64,000 nucleotides of DNA. Source: Tubulanus polymorphus (Eukaryota > Animalia > Nemertea). Made by a program: the position numbers and the translations under genes. The notes beneath the pieces are model-generated. The model was not told the DNA's origin and made no database searches. It saw nothing but the letters and a program-made list of their open reading frames with translations. Of the stretch, positions 1-13,800 are shown one piece after another; within the stretch, counting starts at the first letter, position 1; the number at the start of each line of letters is the position of its first letter. The stretch lies in the NCBI RefSeq assembly GCF_964204645.1, contig NC_134029.1, positions 13,108,850 through 13,172,849 of the forward strand. Direction: 5' to 3'.

Positions 1-620
1 ACCAGCCAGCATAACTGGACCTTGATTTTTTCAGACTTACTACCGACGACATGTAATTGGCGGTAAATTTGAACTCTTTGTCCGAGGACGAATCCAAAAG
101 CCAACGACGGAATACGCGGACAATTTTTACTGGTTTATTAGAATATAACCGTTAACTGCAATAATAATTACAAACATTAAGGTTTACAGAATATTGTTGT
201 GATTATCAAAAATCAATTAAATTGGACGGAAACAGAGGAAAACCAACCAACTTACATTTTACTCCGCTTCTTCGCGTAACGCAACACTGCAGTGACCAAA
301 ACTCACGCAGTCACAAACCCAACTGAACAGAAATGCACGTACATAATATTAAACCCGCAAATAATCAAATCGTGCAATCAAAAACACAGCAGCGAAAAGA
401 AACATAATAATACCAAAGCTCTGAAGCAACCAACAAACCCAACGGTCCAAAACACTGGGGACGGAACAATGGCTGCGGCGCAAAGGACTGTGGGTGAACT
501 TAAGTCTCGGCAATGTTTGCGTTCGAATCCCACACAAGATTTTTATCGCGTGACATAGAAATGGTAATTTTGTCTATTAAAGCAATTATATTTTGCTCCC
601 TGAATTATCGGGATATTTAA

Positions 621-1453
621 AGGTTAACTGCCCTCTAATTCGTACTTTTAGAGAGTTACTTTCCAAATGATACTTTAGTATATAAATGACGACCTGGGGT
701 CAGCCTAATAGAAAAAAACATCACTTATTTGTCTTAAATTAGTAAGATTAAATAACCGGATCATTTACCTATATATCGTATGCACCTCGGCTGCAGCCGC
801 GTGTCAGTGCTACATTCACGCGTCATCTTTTTTGCCAAACAAACATACACGTGTGTGAACTCAGTACTGTTATGAAATCCATAAAACAACATCATTCCTT
901 CACTATATTAACAGCTCTACTGCTGGCTATCCATCGAATGTTTGTTGTGTTGTGTATAACAGTTGAGTATCAACGCTATAAATCAGAAAGAATTTAGGAA
1001 CAATTCGAAAAGCTTTAATACGCTACGAACGGTGATTATGCGGTTCACGATTAGAGACTGGAAACTGTGGATCATTTCAGACGTACACTGCTAATTTCAC
1101 CACGGATTGTTTTAAAATATATCTAATAAAGCTAAGTTCATTGTTTTGAACCAAATCTATTAGTTTGCCATAGCTTTGCTATTCATAAGCGCACCAAAAG
1201 TTTGTTATTCTTTACTCGTACAACGTGCGTAGAAATGTTTGTTTGACTACAATGACGTCAGCGATCGTGGGTTTTTCACAGTAAACGTGCACCTGCTGTG
1301 TACGGCAAACTGGTGAAAATAGCCGACTCTGAGTCTTATTTCTCAGTAACGGCTTGACTAAAATCAAAATTAGTAACACACTTATCATTTATACACATAT
1401 CACATTTAGAAAATAGGTTTTACACAATATTATATTTAGAGGGCACTTGGCCT
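621..1453. mobile_element. Non-autonomous TIR element (Kolobok-like, TTAA target)
   Basis: Ends aggttaactgccctctaa / ttagagggcacttggcct are imperfect inverted repeats, flanked by TTAA (617-620) and TTAC; no ORF. Confidence 0.5.
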
Positions 1454-2236
1454 TTACTCACCTGATGCCTCTACATTTGTAGGCAGGTCTGCTCATTTAA
1501 AGTTTATGGTAGATTTAACTTGATCTAAAAAAAACATGTCGAAAGCGTAGTCCAGATTGTTTTTAAAGTACAAAAATCTATTGATTTTTTTCAAAATAGA
1601 AAATGGCTAGATATTCATTCAAGAGAGCTAGCCTAATTCGGGTGTAGATGAATACAATAAAGAAGTTTCCAGTTTCTAGGCGCCATTTTGTGGCGGTCCC
1701 TCGAGGTCCCCATTGTTGCGATAATTTGCGCTCATTTTTAAAACATAAGTTTAGATTGAATATCACATAGTTCTGCAGTCCCTTGCTCGATGAACTTAAT
1801 TTATACACCATTTTAAAGGAAATGAAATGCAGATATTTGTTGGCGATTCTTGGAATTTTTGAATGCAACAATTGAGAACAGTGACGATGTGAAACCAAGG
1901 ACCGCATATCTTAACCGCGCGTAAAAGAAATCGCAATATTTATTGATTTTGAAATATGTAAGTATATCTTGAAGCTATATTTCCAATTTTCACAGAGGTT
2001 AAAGAGGGTTATTTGCAGTTTAAGCCTGCGTTGAATTTTTTTGAATATCTTTCCTGACGACTGATCTGTACCCGCTTGAGTTTGAGATTATGCGCAAAAG
2101 GGGTCTCCCACTGCGCACCGCCATTTCACTGAACATTGAGATTTGTGAAAAGAAATCGGCTCAACTCCAGAACAGGTAAAAGTAGATCTGCCCAGGCTGA
2201 GTACATAGCACGTATTCTTCCGCGAGCCAGGTAGCC

Positions 2237-2500
2237 GACCTGTTTTACTCGTCGACAATTCCGACGATTTAGAATTGCCCACCTATTATACTCGTCGATA
2301 ATTCCGACGATTTAGAATTGCCCACCTATTTTACTCGTCGACAATTCCGACGATTTAGAATTGCCAACCTATATTACTCGTAGACAATTCCGACGATTTA
2401 GAATTGCCGACCTATTTTACTCGTCGACAATTCCGACAATTTTAAATTGCCGACCTATTTTACTCGTCGACAATTCCGACGATTTAGAATTGCCGGCCTG
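2237..2500 (+). repeat. 43-bp minisatellite (~6 copies)
   Basis: Unit ttttactcgtcgacaattccgacgatttagaattgccgaccta, period 43. Confidence 0.95.
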
Positions 2501-2788
2501 TTTCATTTGTCGTCACTAGACGATTTAAAAATTGCAAGTCCGACGCACAGGGCACAGGAAAACAAGGACAAAGAAGACATAAATATTTTTCCGTGCGTTT
2601 ACGAGAAACATTGTTTCAAGATCAAACATGCTTGATTCTGCTGTGTTTCCATGTTTTTTCCTATGCCGTGTGCATCAGGCTTTAGAGAAGCACAACTCAG
2701 AGATTGTTCTTGATTGATAACTATTAAAGTTTAATCACCCACACAGTTATGAATTACCAATTGTTTGATAGATTGCACTACAAGATTA

Positions 2789-3612
2789 GATCGAGGGGCT
2801 GTGTGTGTGCGTGGATTACCCTGATATAATGTGGCTGGGATCGAGGGGCTGTGTGTGTGCGTGGATTACCCTTATATAATGTGGCTGGGATCGAGGGGCT
2901 GCGTGTTTGCGTGGATTACCCTTGAATAAGGTGGCTGGGATCGAGGGGCTGGGTGTGTGCGTGGATTACCCTGATATAATGTGGCTGGGATCGAGGGGCT
3001 GCGTGTGTGCGTGGATTACCCTGATATAATGTGGCTGGGATCGAGGGGCTGCGTGTGTGCGTGGATTACCCTGATATAATGTGGCTGGGATCGAGGGGCT
3101 GCGTGTGTGCGTGGATTACCCTGATATAATGTGGCTGGGATCGAGGGGCTGTGTGTGTGCGTGGATTACCCTGATATAATGTGGCTGGGATCGAGGGCTG
3201 TGTGTTTGCGTGGATTACCCTTGAATAAAGTGGCTGGGATCGAGGGGCTGCGTGTTTGCGTGGATTACCCTTGAATAAGGTGGCTGGGTTTTGAGGGGCT
3301 GTGTTTTTGCGTGGATTACCCCTGATATAAAGTGGCTGGGATCGAGGGGCTGTGTGTGCGTGCATTACCCTGATATAAAGTGGCCGGGATCGAGGGGCTG
3401 TGTGTGTGCGCGGATTACCCTGATATAAAGTGGCTGGGATCGAGGGGTTGTGTGTTTGCGTGGATTACCCTTGAATAAGGTGGCTGGGATCGAGGGGCTG
3501 TGTGTTTGCGTGGATTACCCTTGAATAAGGTGGCTGGGATCGAGGGGCTGGGTGTTTGTGTGGATTACCCTGATATAAAATGGCTGGGATGAAGGACCGT
3601 GTGTAGATTACC
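2789..3612 (+). repeat. 50-bp minisatellite (~16 copies)
   Basis: Unit gatcgaggggctgtgtgtgtgcgtggattaccctgatataatgtggctgg, period 50, no spacers. Confidence 0.95.
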
Positions 3613-3682
3613 CTTTATAGATACAAACTGCAATCGGCATCAAGTGGCCGTGTCGTTGCTTGAAAATTTATCTTCCCTTCAA

Positions 3683-4030
3683 CAATTCTAAATCGTCGGA
3701 ATTGTCTACGAGTAAAATAGGTCGGCAATTTAAAATCGTCGGAATTGTCGACGAGTAAAATAGGTCGGCAATTCTAAATCGTCGGAATTGTCTACGAGTA
3801 AAATAGGTCGGCAATTCTAAATCGTCGGAATTGTCGACGAGTAAAATAGGTCTGCAATTCTAAATCGTCGGAATTGTCGACGAGTAAAATAGGTCGGCAA
3901 TTCTAAATCGTCGGAATTGTCGACGAGTAAAATAGGTCGGCAATTCTAAATCGTCGGAATTGTCGACGAGTAAAATAGGTCGGCAATTCTAAATCGTCGG
4001 AATTGTCGACGAGTAAAATAGGTCGGCAAT
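3683..4030 (-). repeat. 43-bp minisatellite, inverted orientation (~8 copies)
   Basis: Reverse complement of the 2237-2500 unit. Confidence 0.95.
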
Positions 4031-7000
4031 TAGAAACCGAACCACTCACTTCATTAAAGAAAATCCTCCACGATGGAACTATATTGACCTATTCTGGAGT
4101 TGAACCAAGAAATCTTTAAATGCAATTTGATTTCTTCACTTTTTCTATGGGGATATTTTGAGATTATAATCCGTATCTTGTTTGTACTGTATTTTGGCGG
4201 GGGCAATTAGTTTAGCTGGTTTCGGGATCCAGTTTGTCCCGCTTTGAAGTTTGAACGGCCCAGTTGGGGAATTGTCGCCATGCAGCCCGTCCAGCCTAGC
4301 GCCGATTTTGTGTCCGGTGAAATCATGGGCCCAAAACGTTTTAGAGTCCATGGTGAAATGTGCCAGTCAATTTAAACGCTTAGGACATATTTCAACACAT
4401 ATCTCTCTCCGGTAATCCATCATCCTGGGATCATACGACGAATTTACTGAATCTCAACCTTTTTGCTGGAAAACATCGACCAGATAACCTGACTGATATA
4501 AAATATCAATATTATATTTAAAGGGGATCCCCCATTTGATATTCTGTTTTAGGGGCTCAACGTCCAGTTAGGCTACTTAAAGCTGCGCCGCATATTCAAA
4601 AATATATAAAAACTTAGATTAGATTGTTCTAGTGTCCATCCATGAGTGGAACATTCTGTTGAAAAGCAAATTAGGCTCTCAACTAGGCTACCTATGCAAC
4701 CAACACAGAACGTCCCCACTCTTACAAGAAATCCTTCAATTTCCCATCGCTACAAAACTCGAATTCCTCAAAGCACTCAAAGTCCATTTTTAAACGTACG
4801 AAAATAAAGGTAATATATAACCATAAGAAGCAATATTGATAATTACAAACCAGTATAAAATCTTATTTTTGCGATTTCTTTTCACAAATCTCAATGTTCA
4901 GTGAAATGGCGGTGCGCAGTGGGAGACCCCTTTTGCGCGTAATCTCAAACTCAAGCGGGTACAGATCAGTCTTCAGGAAAGATATTCAAAAAATTTTAAA
5001 GCAGGCCTAAACTGCAAATAACCCTCTTTAACCTCTGTGAAAATTGGAAATATAGCTTCAAGATATACTTAGATATTTCAAAATTAATAAATATCGCGAT
5101 TTCATTTACGCGCGGTTAAGATATGCGGTCCTTGGTTTCATATCGTTACTGTTCTCAATTGTTGCGTTCAAAAAATCCAAGAATTACCAACAAATATCTG
5201 CATTTCATTTCCTTTAAAATGGTGTATAAATTAAGTTAATCGAGCAAGGGACTGCAGAACTATGTGATATTCAATCGAAACTTATGTTTTGAAAATGAGC
5301 GCAAATTATCGCAACAATGGGGAACTCGAGGGACCGCCACAATATGGCGCCTAGAAACTGGAAACTTCTTTATGGCAGTATGAATCGCACTATAAAAAGA
5401 CTAAATTTACAAATTCAGGCGGAAAGATTGTCGTTCTGCCATTTCCACTTCTCTATTCAATGTCACATGTAGATAATATAGAACAGTCAAACTCAACAAA
5501 TGAAGTCTTCATATTTCCAAATCATTCAGGGAATCAAAATTTATTGTGAAAAGCTTTTTGTATTGGGTATTTTTTAGAATTTTTTAGAAGGTGGAACTAA
5601 GGGGATCTTCTTAATAATTTGTTTTCTCATTTTTGATTGAAGATGAGTATTTCGCAAAAAATTGATGCAAATTCAAAGCATTGAAGGTAGGCCTAAAGCG
5701 AAATGTATGGGCTGTTGCGTATGTGGAGCTATTGGTAGGAGGGATTTCCTGTCAAATTAGTGACGTCATCGACATTCACTAACCATGGCCGTTTATCGTG
5801 CTCCCAACCAATCAGAGCTACGCGCACCTGCTACGCAGTTCCGTCGATAGACTGTTTAGTAATACATTTTCTTGCCAAACTTCTATTCTAAATCTATATT
5901 GTATGAAAATAGAAATATTAATTTGAAAATATTTTGCATTCCAAAATAATTGATTTTTGGTGCACCAGTGCGTATTTTGGTGAATGAAGCGTGCGTATGA
6001 ATATTCGGATGAATTTTACGCAATACTTATGCATATAGAAAACACCGAACAGGTGAACTAGTATTGTAAAGGATATACGTATAGCCATTCACGATCACGA
6101 CACGGTTTGTACCTAGCGATCCCGTCTTCGTATAGGACGAGATGAATAGAGATGCTAATAGATAGAATGAGATGCATGATCACATTCCGTCATGACGCTC
6201 TGATCCCTGGTTGCGGCAGCGGCTGTCTGGATTCGCGCAATAAAGCGAGTCTGGCTTTACTACGGATTATCGGCAAAAAATCCGGCACTGTATCACAGCT
6301 CTGTCCTTGTACACGCAACACGCCGCGGTAGCTGCTACGCTTCATTATTTTTGACCGTCAACTAATCTACTCATATATTAAAAAATTACATCCCTCTATC
6401 GTTAATTGGTATTTTGAACTTCGACTTATCATCTCATCTCTGCTCATAAGGCTGTGGCAAATCCTCTTGGCCCATGGGCAATTTTTATTTTGAATGAAAT
6501 TAAGTTATTAATCGATTTTCATGTTGTCATCAGTCCAATTATTATTAATCGGTCCAAATACTTTATTCTAAAATTAAAATAACTCTCCAGTCGACAAATA
6601 GTACGGCCCTTATAGGCCTTTGGCAATTTCACATTTACATCATTCAGACCTGAAAATACTATGCAATTACATTCCCTCATTCATTGTTTCTGTCATCAAC
6701 CCAGACCTATAAGGCTACATGTACAGTTGGCCCTACCATTGACACAAATCTTAAAAACTGCAATGAAATGGAGGGATCGTCAACTACTGTACTGGCATGT
6801 GTAAAAGCATCACCTGTGATCTCGACCTTCAATTATAGATATACGAGTTTTCTGCGAAGACACACCATGCCATTCCGGATGATAGGAATCATCGAAAATT
6901 TATTCGATAATGTATTGACAGATTCGAACCTAATATGCAACCACTGTGTAAACGTCTAATGCGATTCAGCTTTGAAACCGAACTTACGTGGACATAAAAT

Positions 7001-9194
7001 AAATAAATATGAATTGATTAGACCAAGCATTTATTTTGTATCACCACGCTTAAAAATGATCTGTTCTAAGAATCTCATCTTAAGAATCTGCTAAGTCAAT
7101 GATCATGATATAAGAAAATATTTAATTACTAATAGATATGGAGAAAAATTAGTTATTCACTTAGAATATGAAGGATTAAAAGGAATAAATATAACTTCAG
7201 AACATATTTACCAGATAGATTTCACAGATTATCAAGTGAAGATCTAGAAGAATTATGTTCTGGTGATTTCTATTTGATATATAAGGGTAAGAATAAAAAG
7301 GGCACCATGAAATAGATTTCGAATAATATAAAATCAATTTCAATAAAAAATTATGTAATAAATGGAAGCAAATAAGAAGTTCTACTGTCCAACATGTAAA
7401 ATCAATATAGATAAATCTCAAAAAGCAAGGCATAATGAAACTAAATCTCACTTAGAGAATAAATTAATGTTAGAATATAAAGATGACATATTAGAAACTA
7501 AATTAGAGGAATTAAAGAATGAAAAAGAAATATATAAATGCGATACATGTAACCAATCATTCAGTGATAAAAGATATTTTAAAGAACATTTAAAATCTAA
7601 AAGTCATATTAGAAATAATAATAATGAAATTTTAGGTGAAGATTATTTTGACAAACATATTGATAATAAACAGAAGACAATTAAAAGAATAAAAAATATA
7701 TATTAAACAACAAAAGACCATACATGGAAGATGTAAGAAATTATATCAATTCATTAGATATTAAAAAAGAAATAGAGATAACTGAAGCATTTAAAAGCGA
7801 TATTTGACCTGCTGCTATTGAATTTAAATTTTATAAAGGTCAAACGTTAGATGAAAATAAAAAACATTTAAGAATATGAAAAATATTATAAGAAAAATTA
7901 CTGATGTTGAATACCCTAAAATTAGCATATCAGTTAAAGTTAAATTCATAAAATCTGAAGATAAACCAATATATAATATAAATTCCCATTCACAACATAT
8001 TATATCTAAACAACATATAGATGATAGATTAGATAAATGTTATAATGAAATAAAAAATAAAATAGAAGAGAAATATTTTGAAGGATCAGGTTTAATATTT
8101 GAAGAAATAATATTTATGACTTAACATGTGTATAACACAAAATATAATAAATTAACTAAATCAAAACCAATTGGTGAAAATAATTAATCATATTATAAAG
8201 AACCAGATATTGAAGCATCAAGTTATATCAAATTACCATTTAAAACTAATGCTGTTATAAATGTATAAAATTCTGATGATAAATGTTTTTTTTATGGTCC
8301 ATTATTAGTTGCTTACATCCTGCAACTGATTATATTCGTAGAGTATCAAATTATAAGCCATTTGAAAATAATTATAAGATAGATAATTATCCTGTTAGAA
8401 TTAAACAAATACCAAAAATAGAAAAAGATAATAATCTAGAAATAAATGTATTTGATTTAATCAAATTACCAAAAACAAAAGGTAATAATATAAAACATTA
8501 TACATTAGAACCTTTGTATTTATCATTAGATTATGATTCAAATGGTGTTATAGATATATTATATTATGAAAATCATTATATGTGGATTAAAAGAATTGAT
8601 TTATTTTTCAAATCAGAAAATGATTTAGATACTAAAATATATCTATGTAGAAAATGTTTACATAAATTTAGATCTGAAATTGCATTATTAAATCATAAAC
8701 AATTATGTGATAATCATGATTATTGTAAAATGATTTTACCAAAGATATTAGAATTCAAAAAATATGATTACAAAAATAAAGTACCATTTGTAATATATGG
8801 AGATTTTGAATCATTAAATAAAGAATTAACTGACCAAGATAGAAAAGAAATATATTATAAAAGAAAGAAATTAAATTCTAATGAAAATGATGTTATTGAT
8901 TATTCAGATCCTCTAATAACAAATACTATTAAAAAGATTCATCAAAGTGCTGCAGCTTTTGGATAATATATTAAATCTGATTATCCAGAACTTATTAAAA
9001 GTGAATATTATGATTATAGAAACGAGAATGTTATCAATGATTTTTGTGACTTGTTAATTGAGTATGAAATAAAATTCTATAAATTGTCAAATGAAAATAA
9101 AGAAATTATAATGACAGAAGAAGATAAAGAAGAATTTGAGTTTTTAGATAAATGTTTAACTATTTAATCTAAAACTATTTAATCTAAAAGATAA

Positions 9195-10307
9195 ATAAAT
9201 TGCCCATGGGCAAAGTGTGGTTTACCTTGAAAGCTAGAGGTTGTTTGGGGTAAGGGCAATGCTTGAAAAATCTTTTTAATTCGTGACTTCAAAGTTCTAC
9301 GTTTAAAAGTTCTGAAGTTTAAATATTGTATTTTATCTTGCTTAAAGGATTATTTTGTAGTCAAATAAGACCAAAGATATACATTTGTTTACGGTACACA
9401 TCCAAAATTTCGTAGGGTACATGTAGGCGCGGCATGGAAACTATTTTATATTTTCAAAGAAATATTTTTCATAATATGAAAAAATATTCAAATAAAATTC
9501 ATATGATGTCACATATCAGAGGGTGGCTGTATGGCCGCGGAGGCTAAAATACCGGTGCAGTAAGAAATCGGCGTATTAGATCGTTTTAAATCCTGGAATT
9601 TACCACTACAATATTCAGACCTCGACCTATACCTATGGTTTGCTGCTTAGTATTTTCAGGTCACTAGAAATTACAATCTATTACAAATTCTATCAAACAG
9701 AAAACACAGCACTCATCTTCTTCTGATGAAATGTCAAACGCGCCAGCAAGCAGCGTTACAGTATCACTATAGTAGTGTATACTGTGCACGCGTGTGTTAG
9801 TGTGTGCAACAGTCTAATCTAATGATTTCCGCGCGCACGTGGAGGCCTTGTGTAAGTGAATGTTCGCTTACAATCACCGGGTATTAAAATGAAACAATAC
9901 CTATGGCGGATAATAATTACATTCTCACCAGTAATGAGCATTTGAAATTCGCACGTATATGGCACCTTGTCCAATGAAACGTTCGCCATTCTACGGCTTC
10001 CCCATAATTATTCTAGTAGCGCCGGAATATCCCAAAAACAGTCAATCACATTCGCTCGTAGAGACAACGCCCCCCAATCGAGGTCGTTGCAATTTTATAC
10101 GCGAGAACTAAGAATTTTCCCGCCAAAAACAGTTTTTCGTAGAAGTTTTTCGTGACAGATGGCGTAGTTGACCATGTCATCGACGGAGGTTCGCCATGTC
10201 TTCAATCGCATCGATTATAAGTCGTTTAAGCCGAGAACCAATGAAACAAATGCTCACATAAAAAAACGTACCGCGATTTTACATGAATTGGCTCAATGCC
10301 AACTTCA
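9195..10307. mobile_element. Unclassified ~1.1-kb insertion in Polinton polB
   Basis: Higher-GC non-coding block separating colinear polB segments; palindrome ttgcccatgggcaa at the left end; right 123 bp recur inverted at 36030-36152. Confidence 0.6.
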
Positions 10308-10838
10308 ACAAAGGTCAACCAAAAAGTAAGAGATCATGATCATTTGAATGGAAGGTTTAGAGGTGCAGCACATGAGAATTGTAACTTACAAGCTGAGAAA
10401 ATCAATTTTGTTCCAGTAATATTTCATAACTTATCAGGGTATGATACACATTTATTCGTCAAGCAACTATGTCATAAGATAGAAGAAATCAATAATGAAA
10501 TAGAAAGATTAAATTCAAATAGATCAAAAGATTTTGCTAAAATACCAACTTATAAATTTAAAATGTTAGCTAAAACATCTGAAAATTATATATCTTTTCA
10601 ATTTGGGTGTCTAAGATTTATAGATTCATATAGATTTTTAAGTAGTTCATTAGACAATTTATCAAAAAGTTTAATCGATGATGAATTAAATGTTTAAGCA
10701 CCACTATGTAAATAATGATGATTTTCAATTAATGAGATATAAAGGCGCGATTCCATATTAATTTTATAAAAATCATAATGATTTTAACATAACTGAATTA
10801 TTAAAAGAACAATTTTATGATGAATTAAAAAATGAATA

Positions 10839-13800
10839 AGGTAACGTGGGGTGACTTGGCCATATGTCTTTTAAATCCGATATTCTTAATCACTTGATTG
10901 CATAATCATTCCCCCAATTATTATGTTTGATAGTATGGACCATAGGTTATCTTGTACCTGTCATTAGTTAGCCAAAGTGCTATGGATGATTTGTATAATC
11001 AGGAGTAAACGGGAATTATTGTGTGACCAAGTCACCCCATACAACATGGGTGACTTGGTCAGTGCATGGGGTGAATTGGTCATATTAGCTATAATACATG
11101 TATATGACAACCCATGGCCCTACCCTCAGGAGAAGTTTTATTCTGACCGGTGTAAAATGTTTTTACCCACCGGTACCTTGGTCAAAAGATAAAAAGGATG
11201 GTTTTGCGATTGCAGAGATCTCCTATAAGCTTAGTAGAAGTGTTCCGCAATTACTTCTGCAATCATAGGTTACTTGTGGACAACTGACCATTATACTGAA
11301 CAAGATCATGCTGCGACTAAATTCATTGTTGTTAATGACTAGTAGGCTTGGGTAGTAAATGGGTCTGTTTCTGGATCCCTTGATTAGACAGTCACATGCA
11401 GAAAATCCTGTTTTCCGATATAATACAACGGTATGCTAGAATAAAAACGCTACAAATAGGGTGTAATGTTTGTGGTGTTTTCATTCTAGCATAATAACTT
11501 CAGGAAACCTTGATAACTCTGACGTTACAGGGTTAAATCCCATGCTCTATAAAAACCATAGTCTGAACTGAAAATGACTCTCTCTTGAATAAAAGTAATG
11601 AAGGCTGATGGAATGTAATCTTTCAAACAGAACCTTGCTATATTTTTTTATATCTGACAGAATACCTCATAAATCTATGCTATATACATGCATTATCAAC
11701 TTTTCACATAAGTACAGTTGTGTGTTATGCCAGAATTTATTCAAATCTATTCATAGACAATCTTATTCAAGAACACTAAACAATCAAATTTTAGTAAAAT
11801 TCTAACGATCAACAAAACATGAATAACGGCAACTAATTGCTATATAACGATAAAACACAAGTACGTAGAACAATATTATTCACCATACTCATCACACCAT
11901 TTCGAAAAACATTTCTCTATGAGGGCCAGCTTTTCTGATGTCACACCTACAAATCGTGAACCAACATTGATGATATCTGACTCAGAGATGGAACAGAGAA
12001 TATCTTCCTTACAGGTTTCCAGAATATCATCCTTAGGTGGTGACGAGAACCTATTCACCCCATGCCATCGTTTATACTTTAAGAATACAGTTGGAGAAAT
12101 TGCTGGACTTGATTTCAACACTGTCGTGACATACCACTTTTGATTATAGACTGCAATAACAAATTTTCCAATTTCATACTCTCTAGCTATCATGTTCTCC
12201 ATTTGGCCAATCATATCGCTATCATTTTCCAGTTGACCGATGTCGTCATCACTATCATCATCAATTTCCGGTTCTTCTTCATTACCATCTTCAGAATCAG
12301 ACACATTTTCCTTGTTTCCGTTCACTTTTTTTCTTATTTTTGAGTTTGGTTTCTTTTTTTTAGCTCTCTTCTGTTCTTTCTTTTGTTCTTCCTGTTCGAG
12401 CCGCTCAACAACGTCATTTACTGTGAGACATTCAGCAAATTTCCTGTCTAGTCTTTTTCTCTTCTTCGGAGGCTCAGGAGCAGAATACTTGAAATGATCA
12501 AGCAATGCCTTCTCAAGACTAGATTTTGGACTGAGGACATCAGAGTTTTGCGATCTTTCCGGACGAGGGGTGATGACGTTGCTACCAGGTGGCTTACTAT
12601 GGACTTCAGCAGTTACAGTGATTGTACTTGGGCCTTCTCTGAATTGTGTACTCGAGCGTAGAAGGTCTCTCGGTTGAACGGATATATTCTCACGGGATCT
12701 TGAGGCATCAGTTCTGGTTATCTCGTTGTCGTTAGTTACAGTTTCAGTGGGAGTTTCAGGCAAAGCGCAAGATGTCTTGAGTAGTTCATCGCCTATCTTG
12801 GTTTTATCAAGCGGGTATATTCCACATTTCTCAAATGCGTTGATTGCATTCATTCGCGACATACAACTAGATTGGTGGACTTTATTCAGGAGGGAAGGGA
12901 ATGTAGCTTTATCTACAGATTTAAACCTAGTTGATACGTAGTGTTCATTTAGAACCTTCCGCCAACTTTGTTTTAGCGCCTTATATACCCCTACATCAAG
13001 TGGTTGAAGAATACTACTAGTGTGCGCTGGTATGCAAAAGATGATCACATCATTCTGCATAGCCAGGTTCAGCACATCCAAATTGATGTGAGAATTGTGT
13101 CCATCATATAACAGTAACTTTTTTCCAGGTATGGTTTTGGTCTCTTCTAGAAAAACTTTCTTAAACCATTCAGAAAATTGAGGAGTTTCCATCCATCCAG
13201 AGTCTGATACGTTATATCTCGCTCGCTCAGGCCCACCAGTGCACCAAGACTCATACAAGTTCTTTGCTTTGTAGACAACATAAGGTGCTAGAAAATTACC
13301 ATCAGCAGAACAACATTCAACAACTGTGTACATAGTTTTGGTACTAGAACCAACCGTTACGTGTGGGTTTTTATCACCTCGTCGACATAGGACTTTTTTC
13401 GAGCCAATGTCAGTTTGAAAGCCTGTTTCATCCATATTGAAGATATGACCTGGACTATGCAGCAGCTGGTTTTCATCTAACAGTTTTTCTAATTTCATAA
13501 AGAAATCATCCACTATTTTCTGAGAACATGCTTCGGCACGATTGAGAGGGAAATTCTGTGCAATCCGACGCGATATTTTAGACTTATGGCGCTCTTCAAA
13601 TAGTCTCATCCAATCCAACCCTGGTAGATCGCCTTTAAATTGGTTTTTTCTTCCTAGGCCTCTTATAAAATCTCTCACGATCAATCTTATATCATTGCGA
13701 TCTAAACCAAAGCCCCAATCGCTGAGGATTTGCAACGAATGAACAACCAACTCCTCTTCTTCCGCTGTGAGAACTGTCTGTCCTCCTGGTTTTTTTATTT

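Larger units (their letters stand above)
1660..5370. mobile_element. Foldback-type non-autonomous DNA transposon with ~500-bp TIRs
   Basis: ~1658-2158 is the near-identical reverse complement of ~4872-5372; TA on both sides; interior holds mirrored tandem arrays and no credible ORF. Confidence 0.85.

Noticed and set aside
3066-3365. 99-aa repeat ORF and other short ORFs at 0.3-7 kb
   Set aside because: By-products of satellite and TIR sequence; no recognisable domain
2237-4030. CRISPR-like repeat arrays
   Set aside because: Head-to-tail tandem units with no unique spacers, eukaryotic context, no cas genes
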